Part shown: one piece after another, positions 21,498-31,928 of the stretch
How the letters are laid out: every line of letters starts with the position of its first letter
Numbering within the stretch: the stretch's first letter is position 1
NCBI GenBank assembly: GCA_963737265.1
Contig: CAVTRY010000011.1
Location: forward strand, 384,001-448,000
Origin: an uncultured delta proteobacterium
GTDB lineage: Bacteria > Myxococcota_A > Polyangia > Fen-1088
DNA: 64,000 bases
Reading direction: 5' to 3'
Notes under the pieces: model-generated
The model's input: the letters and a program-made list of their open reading frames with translations, nothing else
Database searches by the model: none
What the model was told of the DNA's origin: nothing
Program-made: the position numbers and the translations under genes

Positions 21498-22733
21498 TCA
21501 TGGCTGAAACCACTCAAAGGTCACGGTTCCATCGGCGGCGCGCACACCCCAGTAGGTGCCGACTGATGTCGATGCCACGGGAAGCGGGCTGTCCAGGTCG
21601 ACAGAGTGCCGCAGCACCTCCGGCCGTTTGCGCGCCCAGAGATCTCCGTCCTCGGTCAAAAACGTGGGGGAGAACGACGGCTTCACGTCGTAGTAGTAAT
21701 CCTTGTTGACGTCGAACGCAGCGGAGTGCAGCGTGCCCGCGGGAATGTCGATACCCGAGAGGGAGATGGCGCCCTGGTCGGCATTGGGGCCAATGTTCAT
21801 GGCAGCGATGCTGTATGCCGGCTGTTCTGCTTGCGACTGCACAACGGCGACTAGCTGGAACCGCCCGGCGGACATGGGTGACCCGGCCCAGACGCCAAGG
21901 CGCTGGCGGACGATGGGCACCATCCCCGGAATCGGTTCAGATCGAATCACCCGCATGCGTTCCGGCGACACGAGCGCCACACCCAGCACAGCGCCTTCGG
22001 CGGTCGCTTCCACCCATCCGATGACCGCGTGCTGGGACTCTTCGCCGGGAATGGTACCGGCGATGGATACCACGGGTTGCCCCGGAATCTCGGATTGCGC
22101 CTCGCTGGTCACGGAACCGGCGGTCTTGATCTGTCCCGAAAACGAGTGCCGCCAAAGCGCGGTCCCGCTGCCCGCCGGGCGCCAGGAATAAAGGTTGCCG
22201 ACCCCGGAGTGATCCGTGACCGCCGGCAGGATCGGAACCTCATCGGCATCGATCGCGATTTCGATGGGTTTTAGCTGCATCAACGCCTGCATGTGAAGTC
22301 GGCGGCCGAGCAGCCAGCCTACCCAGAACTGGTGCGACATGCTGGCCGAGACAGCGCTCGTTGCGCCGAAGAGCAAGGCGCCCTCGGGTACCGGCACATC
22401 CCACGAGACCCATTTGTCCGTTTCGAGATGTGCCCGCTCCCGGCCGGTTTGCGCGAACTCGGCGGTGTGGAGAATTCGATTCTTGCCCAGCACCGCCAGC
22501 ACAAAGACTTCGTCGGCGAAATCTTGGTAGATGGCGACGAGACCCGGATTGGCGAGAGCGAAAGATGGCATTTTCATCCTCAACGGCATGTTGTTATTGG
22601 GGCGGTCGGCGACCGCATTTGAGTGCGTGCAGCCCTGGCAGCCCTGAAGGATCACGGCGAAGGCGACACAGCGAAGGGCAATGTAGCGTCGCAACCGGCC
22701 CGGACGCCGACTAGGGCTTGATGTTCCCGTCAT
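21498..22733 (-). CDS. Hypothetical lipoprotein
   Basis: 411-aa ORF, basic N-terminus, hydrophobic stretch and LQGC lipobox; overlaps upstream gene stop. Confidence 0.6.
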   Translation of the reverse strand: MTGTSSPSRRPGRLRRYIALRCVAFAVILQGCQGCTHSNAVADRPNNNMPLRMKMPSFALANPGLVAIYQDFADEVFVLAVLGKNRILHTAEFAQTGRERAHLETDKWVSWDVPVPEGALLFGATSAVSASMSHQFWVGWLLGRRLHMQALMQLKPIEIAIDADEVPILPAVTDHSGVGNLYSWRPAGSGTALWRHSFSGQIKTAGSVTSEAQSEIPGQPVVSIAGTIPGEESQHAVIGWVEATAEGAVLGVALVSPERMRVIRSEPIPGMVPIVRQRLGVWAGSPMSAGRFQLVAVVQSQAEQPAYSIAAMNIGPNADQGAISLSGIDIPAGTLHSAAFDVNKDYYYDVKPSFSPTFLTEDGDLWARKRPEVLRHSVDLDSPLPVASTSVGTYWGVRAADGTVTFEWFQP

Positions 22734-24303
22734 TCTTCACCTGCAGGTAGTCCCATCCGGCCAGCTTTAAGTAGCAGAGCCCGCAGAGGTGCTTCTTGTT
22801 CGAGGCGTAGGACATGATGCAAACCTGATTCTTGTCGTGGGCGGACGCTTGAACGTCATCCGGAACGTCCCTTGGGTCGAAGGTCCCGGGTGCGTGGGCC
22901 AGAAAGAGAGCGTGGCCGACCTCGTGGATGAAGGTCTCCGCGTCGTCGGAGACCGTGAACTGTAAGAATATTGCCTTCCTGCGACCAGTTAAACCTGGAA
23001 TCGGACCTGCGACGCCCGCCGTGAAGCCCCCGGCTTTCGGGTTCTGATTGTGTGGGCCGTTGCGGCCGAACTTCACCGCCGTGATACCGTTGTCAGGAAT
23101 CGGGATTCGTTGGGCTACCTTCGCCGTGACCAGGTACCACGCGTCGTCGCACTTCTCTTTGTACGCCTGCTCGTCGCTGGCGCCGAAGAAGTTCCTGATT
23201 CTCTCCCACAGTACGCCGAAGAAACCCGCATCCGGATTTGTCAGCTCCCAGTAGTCCATGAACTCCCGGAAGCGGACGGGATAGCCTTGGGGGTCGGATT
23301 CCAGAGCCTTGCTCAAGAAGGGATCCTTCGCCTTCTCAGCGACAGCGGTCTTGTACTCCGCGGCCCACTTGGCGCCGATGTCTTGCGGGGCAACACCTGG
23401 CGCGGGCTCGATCAGCAGGGCTGCCTTCTTGTATTCCGCGGTCAGCGGCGGCGTCGTGATGGGCGTGGTTCTTGCCCCGACAATCCAGGTCGCCACGATG
23501 GGAATGCGCCGCCAGGAAACCAGCTTGACGATGTTCGACCGGTGAGGCGCCGGGGCGCTGTGTGGGGCGGCTTCGTCTTTGACATCGAGCTTTTCGCCGA
23601 CATCGACGATGGCCCGCACCTTGTGCGTGTCACCCGCCATGCGGCCGGGTCTGAAGTACACCGCCGAGTCGGCGCTGTCGTCGGCGCCATCGCCGCAATC
23701 GGTGAACGCGGCCCAATCACGCTGTGCGGGCGCTGTCATGTTCCATTCGTCGCCGGAGGTCCACTGGGTCCCGGCGGTCGCGCGGTCAGCGGACTTGGCG
23801 CGAAAGCCGCCGACCATGAGATGGGCGGACGCCCCCTTGGGCTGGGTGGCGCTCTCCTCGAAGGATGACGCCTTCTTCACAAAGGTCTTGGCGGCGGCAT
23901 GCATCCCGCGGCTACCCAGCGAACCGTCGAAATCGGCCGAAGATTCGAGCTTGAAGTCCCAGAGCAGGCGAGCTCCGATGAGCACCGGCGCCGAGCGCCT
24001 TCCTTCGCCGGACTTGGACTTTAACGTGATACGAGCCAAGAAGGGTACCGTTGGACCCGCACCCACGGCGGCCTCGTATTCCGAGGACGACGTATCGTCG
24101 TCCATCTCCCTATTCGTCTTTCTGAACAGCGGACTCTCGACCATCACCCGCCCTTCGCAGTCGCCCGGCATGCCGCTCTTCTTCAGCTCGTCGATGAGGG
24201 CGGCGACGGTGGTCTTCCACTGGTCGGCGACAGCCAGCGGGCCGCTGTCGTCAACCACGATCTTGATGTCCTTGACCTCGATGCCGAGCTTGCGAGGGGC
24301 CAA
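22711..24303 (-). CDS. Metzincin-like zinc metallopeptidase-domain protein; 5' end probably frameshifted
   Basis: FIHEVGHALFLAH followed by CIMSY Met-turn and HLCGLC; upstream frame STTFRYETNPP...MDLMF (to ~24410) may be the true N-terminus. Confidence 0.6.
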   Translation of the reverse strand: MAPRKLGIEVKDIKIVVDDSGPLAVADQWKTTVAALIDELKKSGMPGDCEGRVMVESPLFRKTNREMDDDTSSSEYEAAVGAGPTVPFLARITLKSKSGEGRRSAPVLIGARLLWDFKLESSADFDGSLGSRGMHAAAKTFVKKASSFEESATQPKGASAHLMVGGFRAKSADRATAGTQWTSGDEWNMTAPAQRDWAAFTDCGDGADDSADSAVYFRPGRMAGDTHKVRAIVDVGEKLDVKDEAAPHSAPAPHRSNIVKLVSWRRIPIVATWIVGARTTPITTPPLTAEYKKAALLIEPAPGVAPQDIGAKWAAEYKTAVAEKAKDPFLSKALESDPQGYPVRFREFMDYWELTNPDAGFFGVLWERIRNFFGASDEQAYKEKCDDAWYLVTAKVAQRIPIPDNGITAVKFGRNGPHNQNPKAGGFTAGVAGPIPGLTGRRKAIFLQFTVSDDAETFIHEVGHALFLAHAPGTFDPRDVPDDVQASAHDKNQVCIMSYASNKKHLCGLCYLKLAGWDYLQVKNDGNIKP

Positions 24304-24560
24304 ACATCAAATCCATGGCGCCATCCGACGCGTGATTCGGAAGCCAATCATTATGGCGAAGGCTACTCGAAGGCGGGTTTGTCTCGTAGCGAAAGGTGGT
24401 TGACGCGACCCCTCGTTTCAATAGACTGGCGCTCGCAAGCCCCGACCCCTGGGTATTGGACGCTGCCAACTGACCCCGAACGCCCGACCCTTTGGGTTTT
24501 GGGGCCGTCGGTACGCAACGAATCTCCCGGCCCCCTCAGTCGGGGAATCAACTCCCGGAT

Positions 24561-26575
24561 TTACCCCACGACCTCCAGGAACTCCGCAATCACCCGGATC
24601 TCGCCGTCCTCCCGCCGCAGGTGCATGGGCTTGAAGTCCGGGTTATCCGAACGCAACTCGATTTCCTTCGCGCCGCCGTCCTTGCCAACGCTGGCCACGT
24701 GCCAGCGCTTGAGCGTGTAGCTGCCGCCGTGCTCGGGGTCGGTGTCGTCACGTAGTTGCACCACCACGCGCTTGCCATCGAGCGCGGTGGGCGCTGGCGC
24801 CACGCCACCGGGGAACAAGCGGAACAAGGCCCAGCAGCCATCTGGGATTGCGGTTTCCATCGAGCGCCCTGCCACTTTGGCCACGAACATGCGTCGGTCG
24901 GGGATGTGCTGGGCGTGGACCTTGGCCCAGCCGATGATCTGCGGTGCTTGCGACTCGCTGAAACCGCCGGCCGCCGCGGCCAGGTCGTGGACGGGCAGGG
25001 CGCTTCGGTACTCCTCGGCGGGCGGCACGCTGTCCACGATTTCCAACCTGGCGATCCGGTTGAGCAAGGGATCCATGTCGGGCAGCAAGGGCAGCCGTTC
25101 CTGATGGTGCAGAAGATCCGCGATCTCCTTGCGCGACTGCTGGCCCCACCATGTGATGTCCTTGCGGTCCGCGGGCTCGTTCTCAAGCAGCAAAATGTAG
25201 TGCCAGGGCTCCTTGTCGTGCTCGGTCAGCAATTCGCAGTAGCGCTGGCCGCGGCGGGCCTTCTCCTTGTCACGGTCGTCGTAGCGGCCCTTCACCTCGA
25301 TGATGAAATTGTGGAAGACCTCGCCGATGCGGGCGCGCGCGATGAAGTCCGGGTAGTAGTGCGATAGCAAGCCCTGCCAGTCGTACTCGATGAAGTACCC
25401 GACGCCGCTGCGGTGGTTGTAAACCCAGCCGGTCACGTCCTTGGCTTCGTCGAGCAGCCGCGCAACCGCCTCTTCATCGGCGTTCTCGACCGCCGCACGG
25501 TCGTAGCTGCTCTTCTTGGGATCATCGAAGACGTGTTTCTTCAGCGCTTGATAGCCGGCCAGTTCCTCGGTTTTGCGCTCGGATAGCTGCGCCTCGCTGG
25601 TCCGCCGTTCGGCCGTGATCGCTTCCTGCAAGGATGGCAGCAGCGCCTTCTTCACTGCGGCGATGACATCGGCCCGAGCCAGGTTGCCAAGCGCGATGCG
25701 CGCGTGCGGCCCTTCGGGGATGCGGTCGAAGTAGATGGGGATTCCCATGGGCAGATTGAAAGTCTTTCGTTCTAGGAACTCGCGCACCAAACCCTTCACC
25801 GCGTTCTTGTGCTGAAAGCTCGCCCGCATCTCGCGCAGCATGGGCACCGCCATTGCCACTTCGATGATGTGGTCGAAGTCGCGATAGGACGGCACCTCGG
25901 GGATCGTGAATCTCTGGCCATCCGTCTCGGTCGCGGCCAGGGCCTCTTTTAGGTAGGTCGTGATCTCCGTGTCCGCGATGTTCTCCTGCCAAGCCAGGCG
26001 CGGCGAAAGTTCTGGCACGCGTTCCAGGTCGAACGACTTGCGCCAGTCGGGTACCACCTCGCGCATGCCCTCGAAGCGCACCAGGCGTACGCCAGCGGCC
26101 TCGCGCTCGGTCAGATCTGCCTTCTGCAAGATGGGCACGTATTCGCGGCTGTGCTCAATCTCGTCCGAGGACTTGAGATCCACGATGTCGTGGATCTGGT
26201 CGATGATGCTGCGGAAGGAAGGGTGCTCGATGACGTACAGCTCTTCCTTCTGCATGGAGGCGCCGCCGTCTTCGTCGAGGATCGGCGGGTGCATCATGCG
26301 CAAACCGCGGCCCAGCGTCTGCTCGGTCAGGGTGCGCGAGTCGCACGGGCGCAAAGGCACGATGACCTTCACGTTGCGCACGTCCCAACCCTCTTTCAGC
26401 ATCATCACGCTGACCACGACGTTGTAGGGGTTGTCTTCGAGAACAGGCTGCCCGTCGCCGTCGAGCACCGGCCGCCCGTCGCCGTCCATCTTGGGGATGC
26501 GGTCGTGGTCCACGGCGTTGACCGAACGGCGGACGGCATCCCAGGCTTCCTCGTTGCGCTCTTCCTTCTTGAGCG
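24561..26575 (-). pseudogene. 3' part of a type III restriction (Res)-like helicase-nuclease with C-terminal LexA/S24 peptidase domain
   Basis: MLKEGWDV and EQTLGRGLR helicase motifs V/VI, YYPDF...IIEVKG nuclease, AAAG...GRSM...TLKR S24 motifs; no start codon or motifs I-III, begins right after the stop at 26576. Confidence 0.8.
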
Positions 26576-27432
26576 CTACTTGGAATGCCGTGGCCCGAAG
26601 AAGCGATCACCGTTGTAGTGAAGGAGGTGATCAGGAAACTCTGCAACCCATACCTCGGTTTCCCAGGCGATCTCGTCAGCATACCTTTTGAATTCGCGGA
26701 ACGATGGGAACGCCGAGACGTACACCCGACCCGGTGCCAATTGCGATCTTCATCGTAGAGCACGACATCTGGAAGCTTGTCGTGCTTGGTAACTGGCACG
26801 CCGAGTGCGGTGAGTTGGGTCTCGACGATCAGCTTGGTCTTGTGATCTGTGTCGCCGAGATAGAGAACAATGGTGTTTGCGGCGAATCGAGGCAGGAAAG
26901 TCTGGATGATTTCGGCCTGCAGCAAGTTGTGCACGCCTGGCGACAATTCAAGCGACGTGCCTCCGGGGAGAGATACGGCAACCGCGGCCTGTTTTCTCGC
27001 GCGCCCATACAGCTCCGCAAGCCCACCTTTTTGCGCAGTCAAGAATCGACGAACGGCAGTTTCAAATCCCTTCGCCCCGAATGTGCGAATGACTTCGAGG
27101 GCCTCCGGAGTAAGTGCGTAGTGCGTTCGTGGTGAGTTCGTAGCCAGGTTCGGATCGTCGGGGTTGCGTGCCAGGATGCCTCCTTGCACGAATTGGTGAA
27201 TCGCCTGGCGACGAATCGTCTCCCGCGTATTCTCCGCGTAGATCTTATGATAGTTGTCCCTGGCGAATGCAATCACATCGTGCGGCGTTCGGCGCGGATT
27301 ACTCGCCTTGCCCCATGGTGTTCTCGGCCCGATATTTGCGAACGCAAGCAAGGTATAGACAGCGTTTGGGTTCTGCTGCTCCGTCGGCATGCCGAATGCT
27401 GCGAGTATATCCTTGGCGTCATCAGGCTTCAC
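26576..27432 (-). pseudogene. BsuBI/PstI-family type II restriction endonuclease, inactivated by internal deletion and frameshift near 26735
   Basis: YAENTRETIRRQ, TNSPRTHY, LSPGVHNLL, HDKLPDVVLYD; C-terminus VYVSAFP...IAWETEVW...HYNGDRFFGP is in another frame. Confidence 0.85.
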
Positions 27433-28945
27433 CAAGCACCCCACTCGCCGCAGTGTCTGCCGATTGTCCACCAGCCACACGTGTCGCGATAGCGTCGAGA
27501 ATAGGCCCGGGTGGCAATGGCAAAGCGCGGAGTTCAGTGGCACTCACCTGCGTGTTGCCGCTTGAAATCCGAAAGTAGGAATCGATGAGATCCGAGTTGA
27601 GAAGAGCGGCGAGTCCGATGGCCTCCGAGGTCGAGAGCTCGCCGCCTGGACGATGGATGAAGTTCACATGATTTTCGAGGCCGATCATGTCAGTCGGGAG
27701 ACACCCAGCAAGGTACGGCCCTGCGACCAGCCGGCGTGCATCTTCCTTGGCTGAGAAGCGACGAATGAGCACGTAGGTGCGGTTTGCAACTAGGAGCTTT
27801 GGGCCTGCGCCGCGCTCTATGTGTTCGGGCTTCCGAAATCCACCGGCGAGGGGCCATCTGACAACGCCCGGGAGCACGTGTTGAAGCCACAGCAGCGGCA
27901 CCGTACTGGCGGATGGCGCCTCACGAAGGAATTCCTCCGCGCGAAAGGGCACGACGGGGCCTGTCGATACTTCGAGTTTCATAGTGGCCAAGGTTCCAGC
28001 CCACCCTTCGACCATGTCCATGACTCGAAGATCGCGGCGATTGGATGGCAAGAACACGGACGAATCACGTTCTTCCGCAATCACGCGACCGCGCGGGACA
28101 ACGCTGATCGCTCGCTCTGCAAGGTCGGATTCCCCCTGGGACGACGAGATCGTCACCGACGGATTCGGCAGATCGGTCTTCCTGTACATCACGATGATGT
28201 TCTCTTGGAGCACGCCGTCGTTACGAAAAGCGTCGGTCCGAGACTCGAATACGTGAACGTGATCGAGGCGAGCGACGGAATGGAGACGTCGCCGGAAGCG
28301 TTTGAAGTAGTAACCGGACGAGAAGCTCCTCGGAATGATGAAGCAAATTTGTCCGCCACCCGTAAGCATCCTAATCGCAACATCGACAAAGCGTGCGTAG
28401 GCGTTTGGTGCGTCACCACCAGAATCATCAGTTGGCGACATCTTGAAGTACGGCGGGTTTCCGATGGCGTAGTCGAAGCTCGGCAGTGGCCTTGTGCCAA
28501 GTCTAGGGCGATCAAGTTCGAGAAAATCGTCCTCGACAACGCTGTACTGAAGGCGTTCTCCCCAAGTTTGCTGTGCGGCTGCCAACGATTCGCGGAGAAT
28601 TCGAGCGGCACCTGGTTCCTTCTCGACCGCGGTGAGATGAACTCGGCCGGGGCACCGGCGAAGCAGATCGTTGACCGCGGCGATTCCGAGAACCCCCGTT
28701 CCGGCCCCGGGATCAAGAATGCGCACGCATTCGCCACGGGGAGCATCGAAGAGGGACGCCATGAATGCCGCAATCTTGGGACTCGTAAAGAACTGCCCCC
28801 ACGATTTCTTGTGTGCATCACCCGTGTCGCTGCGATAGCCGGCGGACAGAGCTGCTACATTGTCGAATATCTCACCCGTGTGCAATTCGCCCTCGATGAG
28901 GCTGGCGAAAGGGGACGAATGAAGACCTGAATGTCTCATGTTCAC
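27422..28945 (-). CDS. N6-adenine DNA methyltransferase, M.BsuBI/PstI (Eco57I/TaqI-like) family
   Basis: GQFFTS, ILDPGAGTG (motif I), IGNPPYFK (motif IV), STGPVVPFR, SGNTQVSATEL; lower GC than flanks. Confidence 0.9.
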   Translation of the reverse strand: MNMRHSGLHSSPFASLIEGELHTGEIFDNVAALSAGYRSDTGDAHKKSWGQFFTSPKIAAFMASLFDAPRGECVRILDPGAGTGVLGIAAVNDLLRRCPGRVHLTAVEKEPGAARILRESLAAAQQTWGERLQYSVVEDDFLELDRPRLGTRPLPSFDYAIGNPPYFKMSPTDDSGGDAPNAYARFVDVAIRMLTGGGQICFIIPRSFSSGYYFKRFRRRLHSVARLDHVHVFESRTDAFRNDGVLQENIIVMYRKTDLPNPSVTISSSQGESDLAERAISVVPRGRVIAEERDSSVFLPSNRRDLRVMDMVEGWAGTLATMKLEVSTGPVVPFRAEEFLREAPSASTVPLLWLQHVLPGVVRWPLAGGFRKPEHIERGAGPKLLVANRTYVLIRRFSAKEDARRLVAGPYLAGCLPTDMIGLENHVNFIHRPGGELSTSEAIGLAALLNSDLIDSYFRISSGNTQVSATELRALPLPPGPILDAIATRVAGGQSADTAASGVLGEA

Positions 28946-28990
28946 TCTGATGGAGGATGGCCGATAACGGATTGTGTGTAAACCGGCTTC

Positions 28991-29018
28991 GCGAAATTCG
29001 ATGAGCGAAATTCGATGA
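28991..29018. repeat. 14-bp tandem direct repeat upstream of the MTase (candidate operator)
   Basis: GCGAAATTCGATGA twice, each with near-palindromic CGAAATTCG. Confidence 0.6.
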
Positions 29019-29032
29019 TAAGAACGGAAATA

Positions 29033-30121
29033 TCAGAAAACCATGGTGAGGAAGCTGTCGAGGCCCTGGCGCCAGGTGTCCTTGTAGGCCAGCACCTCGA
29101 CCAGCGAGGGCTCTTTCTTCACCTGCACCGTAACCTCGTCGCCGCCGTCTCGCGTGGGGAGCCGGCCGGCTTCGCCGGCCGCGGACCTTCGCGGGAGGGT
29201 TTGGGAACCCTCCGAGGGTTCCCATGTCAGATCAATATCGACGGTGTTGTCGGCGCGGAAGTCGTTGTTCACCATGAAGGGCGGGTCGATGTAGACGAGG
29301 TCGACCTTGCCCCGGTAGCGCCAGTCGCGCGTGCCAGGATCCTTCTCGTCGAGCAGGGTCTGGAGCGCGACCAAGTTGTCATTGGTCCAGATGAGGCGAT
29401 TCGGCGGCAACGTGGTCACGTCGCGCGCCTCCGCCGTGCGGATCTCCAGCCCCGCCAACTCGCCCCGATCCATGGCCCGCCCCGGCCGCACGATCTCCAC
29501 CACCTGCGTTGGCACCGAGGCCGCCATCTCCTTGCGCCACATGCCCTGCCAAGCCAGCCGCGGCTTTCGCGGAGTAACATCCAACGTGATTTCCAGCCCC
29601 GCGCCCTCGCTCGCCGTCGCGTCCACATCGGTCGTGTTCGGCACCGGCAAGGACGGCGTGCGCACCGAGCGCGTGACCGGCGGTGGCGTCGGCTCCAGCA
29701 GCGGGAACCCCTGCCAAGCAAGCTGCGTCTGGGCCGGCGCGGGCGGCGCGGGCGCCGCAGGTGGCGCGACCTTGGCGGCCTCTTCCTTGCGCACCTTCTT
29801 CACCTTGGGCTCCGGCGTTTCGTTGTCCCCGTCGCCGTCATCGTCGTCTCGCCCGCGCTCCGCCGCCAGAATCCGATCCACCAGCACCTGCTTCTCGCGC
29901 CCCTCGGCCGAGATGCCCACCGCAAAGCAAACCGACTTCAGCGTGTCGCGCGCGAGCAGTTCCAGAATCTTCTCCAGAATCCCCCGCTTCTTGCTGCCCG
30001 CCACCACGTCCATCATCTCGTCGAGCCGCATGCCGCTGGTCACGCCAAGATCGAGCGTCTTGCCGACTTCCAACAACTCCGCCCGCGTGAGCGCCCCGAG
30101 CGCCTTGCGTTTGAAGGCCAT
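29033..30121 (-). pseudogene. 5' part of a type III Mod-like DNA methyltransferase, truncated
   Basis: NRLIWTNDNL, GKVDLVYIDPPF, AYKDTWRQGLDSFLTM then abrupt stop in AT-rich sequence; no FxGxG motif I. Confidence 0.85.
29150..29227. repeat. 78-bp palindromic unit inserted in frame in the mod gene
   Basis: tcgcgtgg...gccggc-ttc-gccggc...tcgcgggagggtttgggaaccct-ccg-agggttcccat matches the 10825-10902 unit. Confidence 0.9.
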
Positions 30122-30201
30122 GGCCCGGCATCGTACACGACGCAGGAGCCCCGGAATAGTGCGAGCGCGGCTATGCGGAGGCCCGATCCTTCTGGCGAGG
30201 T

Positions 30202-30729
30202 CTAGCGCGGTTCGCGGGCGAGCCGTCGCTTCTTGAAAGTCTCGTCGAAGGTCGTGTAGTCGTTCGGCCGCCCTTGAACCTGGCGCTTGTCGTCCCAGAT
30301 CGAGGCTTTCTCGCGCGCCTCTTCGAGTGAAACCTCGCCACTCTCCACAGCCTCCACCATCAAATCCATGATGTCACCCGCGGGGACGCCGTTGTCCTTG
30401 GCACAAGCACGAGCGCGCTTGTCGATGGAAACGAATAGAGGGCGTTGCTCTTGTGGCAACTGCATCGCCCATGCAACCGCCTCGGCCTCGCCCTTGTCGT
30501 GGCCCTTCTGTTTGAGGTCGCGAAGATTCGCGTCTCTGGCAGAGAGATCGTGAATGCGCAGACGTTCGGTCTTGCAAAAGGCATCTACGTCCACCGCTAC
30601 CGTCGAAAGTTCGTGCCTGGCGATGTATCCCGTCATCAGCCACGAACCCTTTCCAGAGGCCAATGAGCGCAGGAAGGACAGCTTGCGAATGCAGAGGAAT
30701 GCGTCGGCGTCGAAAAGAACGTCCCTCAC
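30202..30729 (-). CDS. PIN-domain protein (putative toxin/RNase)
   Basis: VLFDADAF, DKGEAEAVAWA, FVSIDKRAR; GTGA overlap with upstream gene. Confidence 0.75.
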   Translation of the reverse strand: MRDVLFDADAFLCIRKLSFLRSLASGKGSWLMTGYIARHELSTVAVDVDAFCKTERLRIHDLSARDANLRDLKQKGHDKGEAEAVAWAMQLPQEQRPLFVSIDKRARACAKDNGVPAGDIMDLMVEAVESGEVSLEEAREKASIWDDKRQVQGRPNDYTTFDETFKKRRLAREPR

Positions 30730-31928
30730 GCGACCGTCACGGACAGGTCTTCCGATGGAAGGTTCAGGGCGAAGAAGTCGAGAACGCTTTCCAGGTCGGC
30801 GGCGGGGGTAATGCCCAAGGCATCGGCAAACTGGTCGCGCCGAATTCGCCCGGCCGAATAGAGGCGAGCCGCAACGCGCGCGACCTCGGTTCGGCGTTCG
30901 GGTTTCACCTCGTCGAGCGGGAAGCCGTCGATTCCGGTTGGCTCTTCGTGGGTAACCCACCGGGCCTCTGTTCCCAAAACAGTGAAAGCCGGACCTGGAT
31001 TCTCTGGCAGCTCGACCTGGCCTTCATTCCGAAGGTACAAGCGGATCGCGCCGTAGGGCAGTCCGTAGCTCGCCAGGGCTCGGGCGGTTTCGGGGTTGGA
31101 AAGGGTGGCGTCTTTTGCGACCAATCCCTGGATGATCTTCTGCGGGCAGATGAGGCGTACCGCAAACGCATTCGCACGCTGCTCGACTTCGAGTTGCTTG
31201 TCGTTGAGATAGCCGGAGATCGTCGCGACCGGCTCAAGCCGGTTCCAGTCAGGAAGCAGGTGACAGAGTTCGTGCGCAAGGCTGAACCTTCGGACACACG
31301 GGTTCTTGTTCTTTCCTTCGAGGTTCAAGACGATAGTCGGCCCGCGAAGATGATCGAGGAAGGTCAGTCCGGCTGGACCAGCTCCGCCCAACTCGGCATA
31401 GAGCACGGAGATCGAAGGGAATCGCTCGGCAACGAAATCGCGCATGGACAAGATGGGCGCATCGTGGAGCTTGAGCTTGCTTCGGAGATCGGCGGCGCAT
31501 TTCGCTCCCTGTTGGTAAGGCAGCCGTCCCTTGATAGCTTCAAGCCCTGGTGTCTCTTTCCTGAACTTCTCGCGCCCGTCCTCGTTGGTTTCCAGATGGC
31601 GCAGACTGGCGAGGTCGCGCGCGGCATTTGCTGCGGCCACAACGCGTACACGGGTCATGTCGTCAAGAGCATGGAATTCGTCGAGACTCGCCAGCGTGAC
31701 CACACCGTCCCCCTTGGCTAGTTGAATCGGCTCATCGGCAAGCCGGTCAGCGTCGATCCCATAAATGCGCGAAAGCGCGTCGGCCTCGAAGACCGTCGGA
31801 GCGTCGCCATGCTCTTCGATGCGCGCAAGGCGTTCGACCGAAACATGGGACATTCTGGCGGCAGCCTCTCTGGTGTAACCCAGTAGCCTCTCGCGAACGT
31901 CCCTGAGATTCTCGACTTTGGTGGTCAA
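30726..31928 (-). CDS. XRE-HTH + ImmA/IrrE (COG2856) metallopeptidase
   Basis: N-terminal HTH (LRDVRERLLGYTREAAARM...RLARIEE), RRFSLAHELCHLL, EQRANAFAVRL; TTG start after AGGAG. Confidence 0.88.
   Translation of the reverse strand: MTTKVENLRDVRERLLGYTREAAARMSHVSVERLARIEEHGDAPTVFEADALSRIYGIDADRLADEPIQLAKGDGVVTLASLDEFHALDDMTRVRVVAAANAARDLASLRHLETNEDGREKFRKETPGLEAIKGRLPYQQGAKCAADLRSKLKLHDAPILSMRDFVAERFPSISVLYAELGGAGPAGLTFLDHLRGPTIVLNLEGKNKNPCVRRFSLAHELCHLLPDWNRLEPVATISGYLNDKQLEVEQRANAFAVRLICPQKIIQGLVAKDATLSNPETARALASYGLPYGAIRLYLRNEGQVELPENPGPAFTVLGTEARWVTHEEPTGIDGFPLDEVKPERRTEVARVAARLYSAGRIRRDQFADALGITPAADLESVLDFFALNLPSEDLSVTVA

Noticed and set aside
26155-27543. 462-aa ORF as a single gene
   Set aside because: Chimera of the REase N-terminus and out-of-frame readthrough after the deletion
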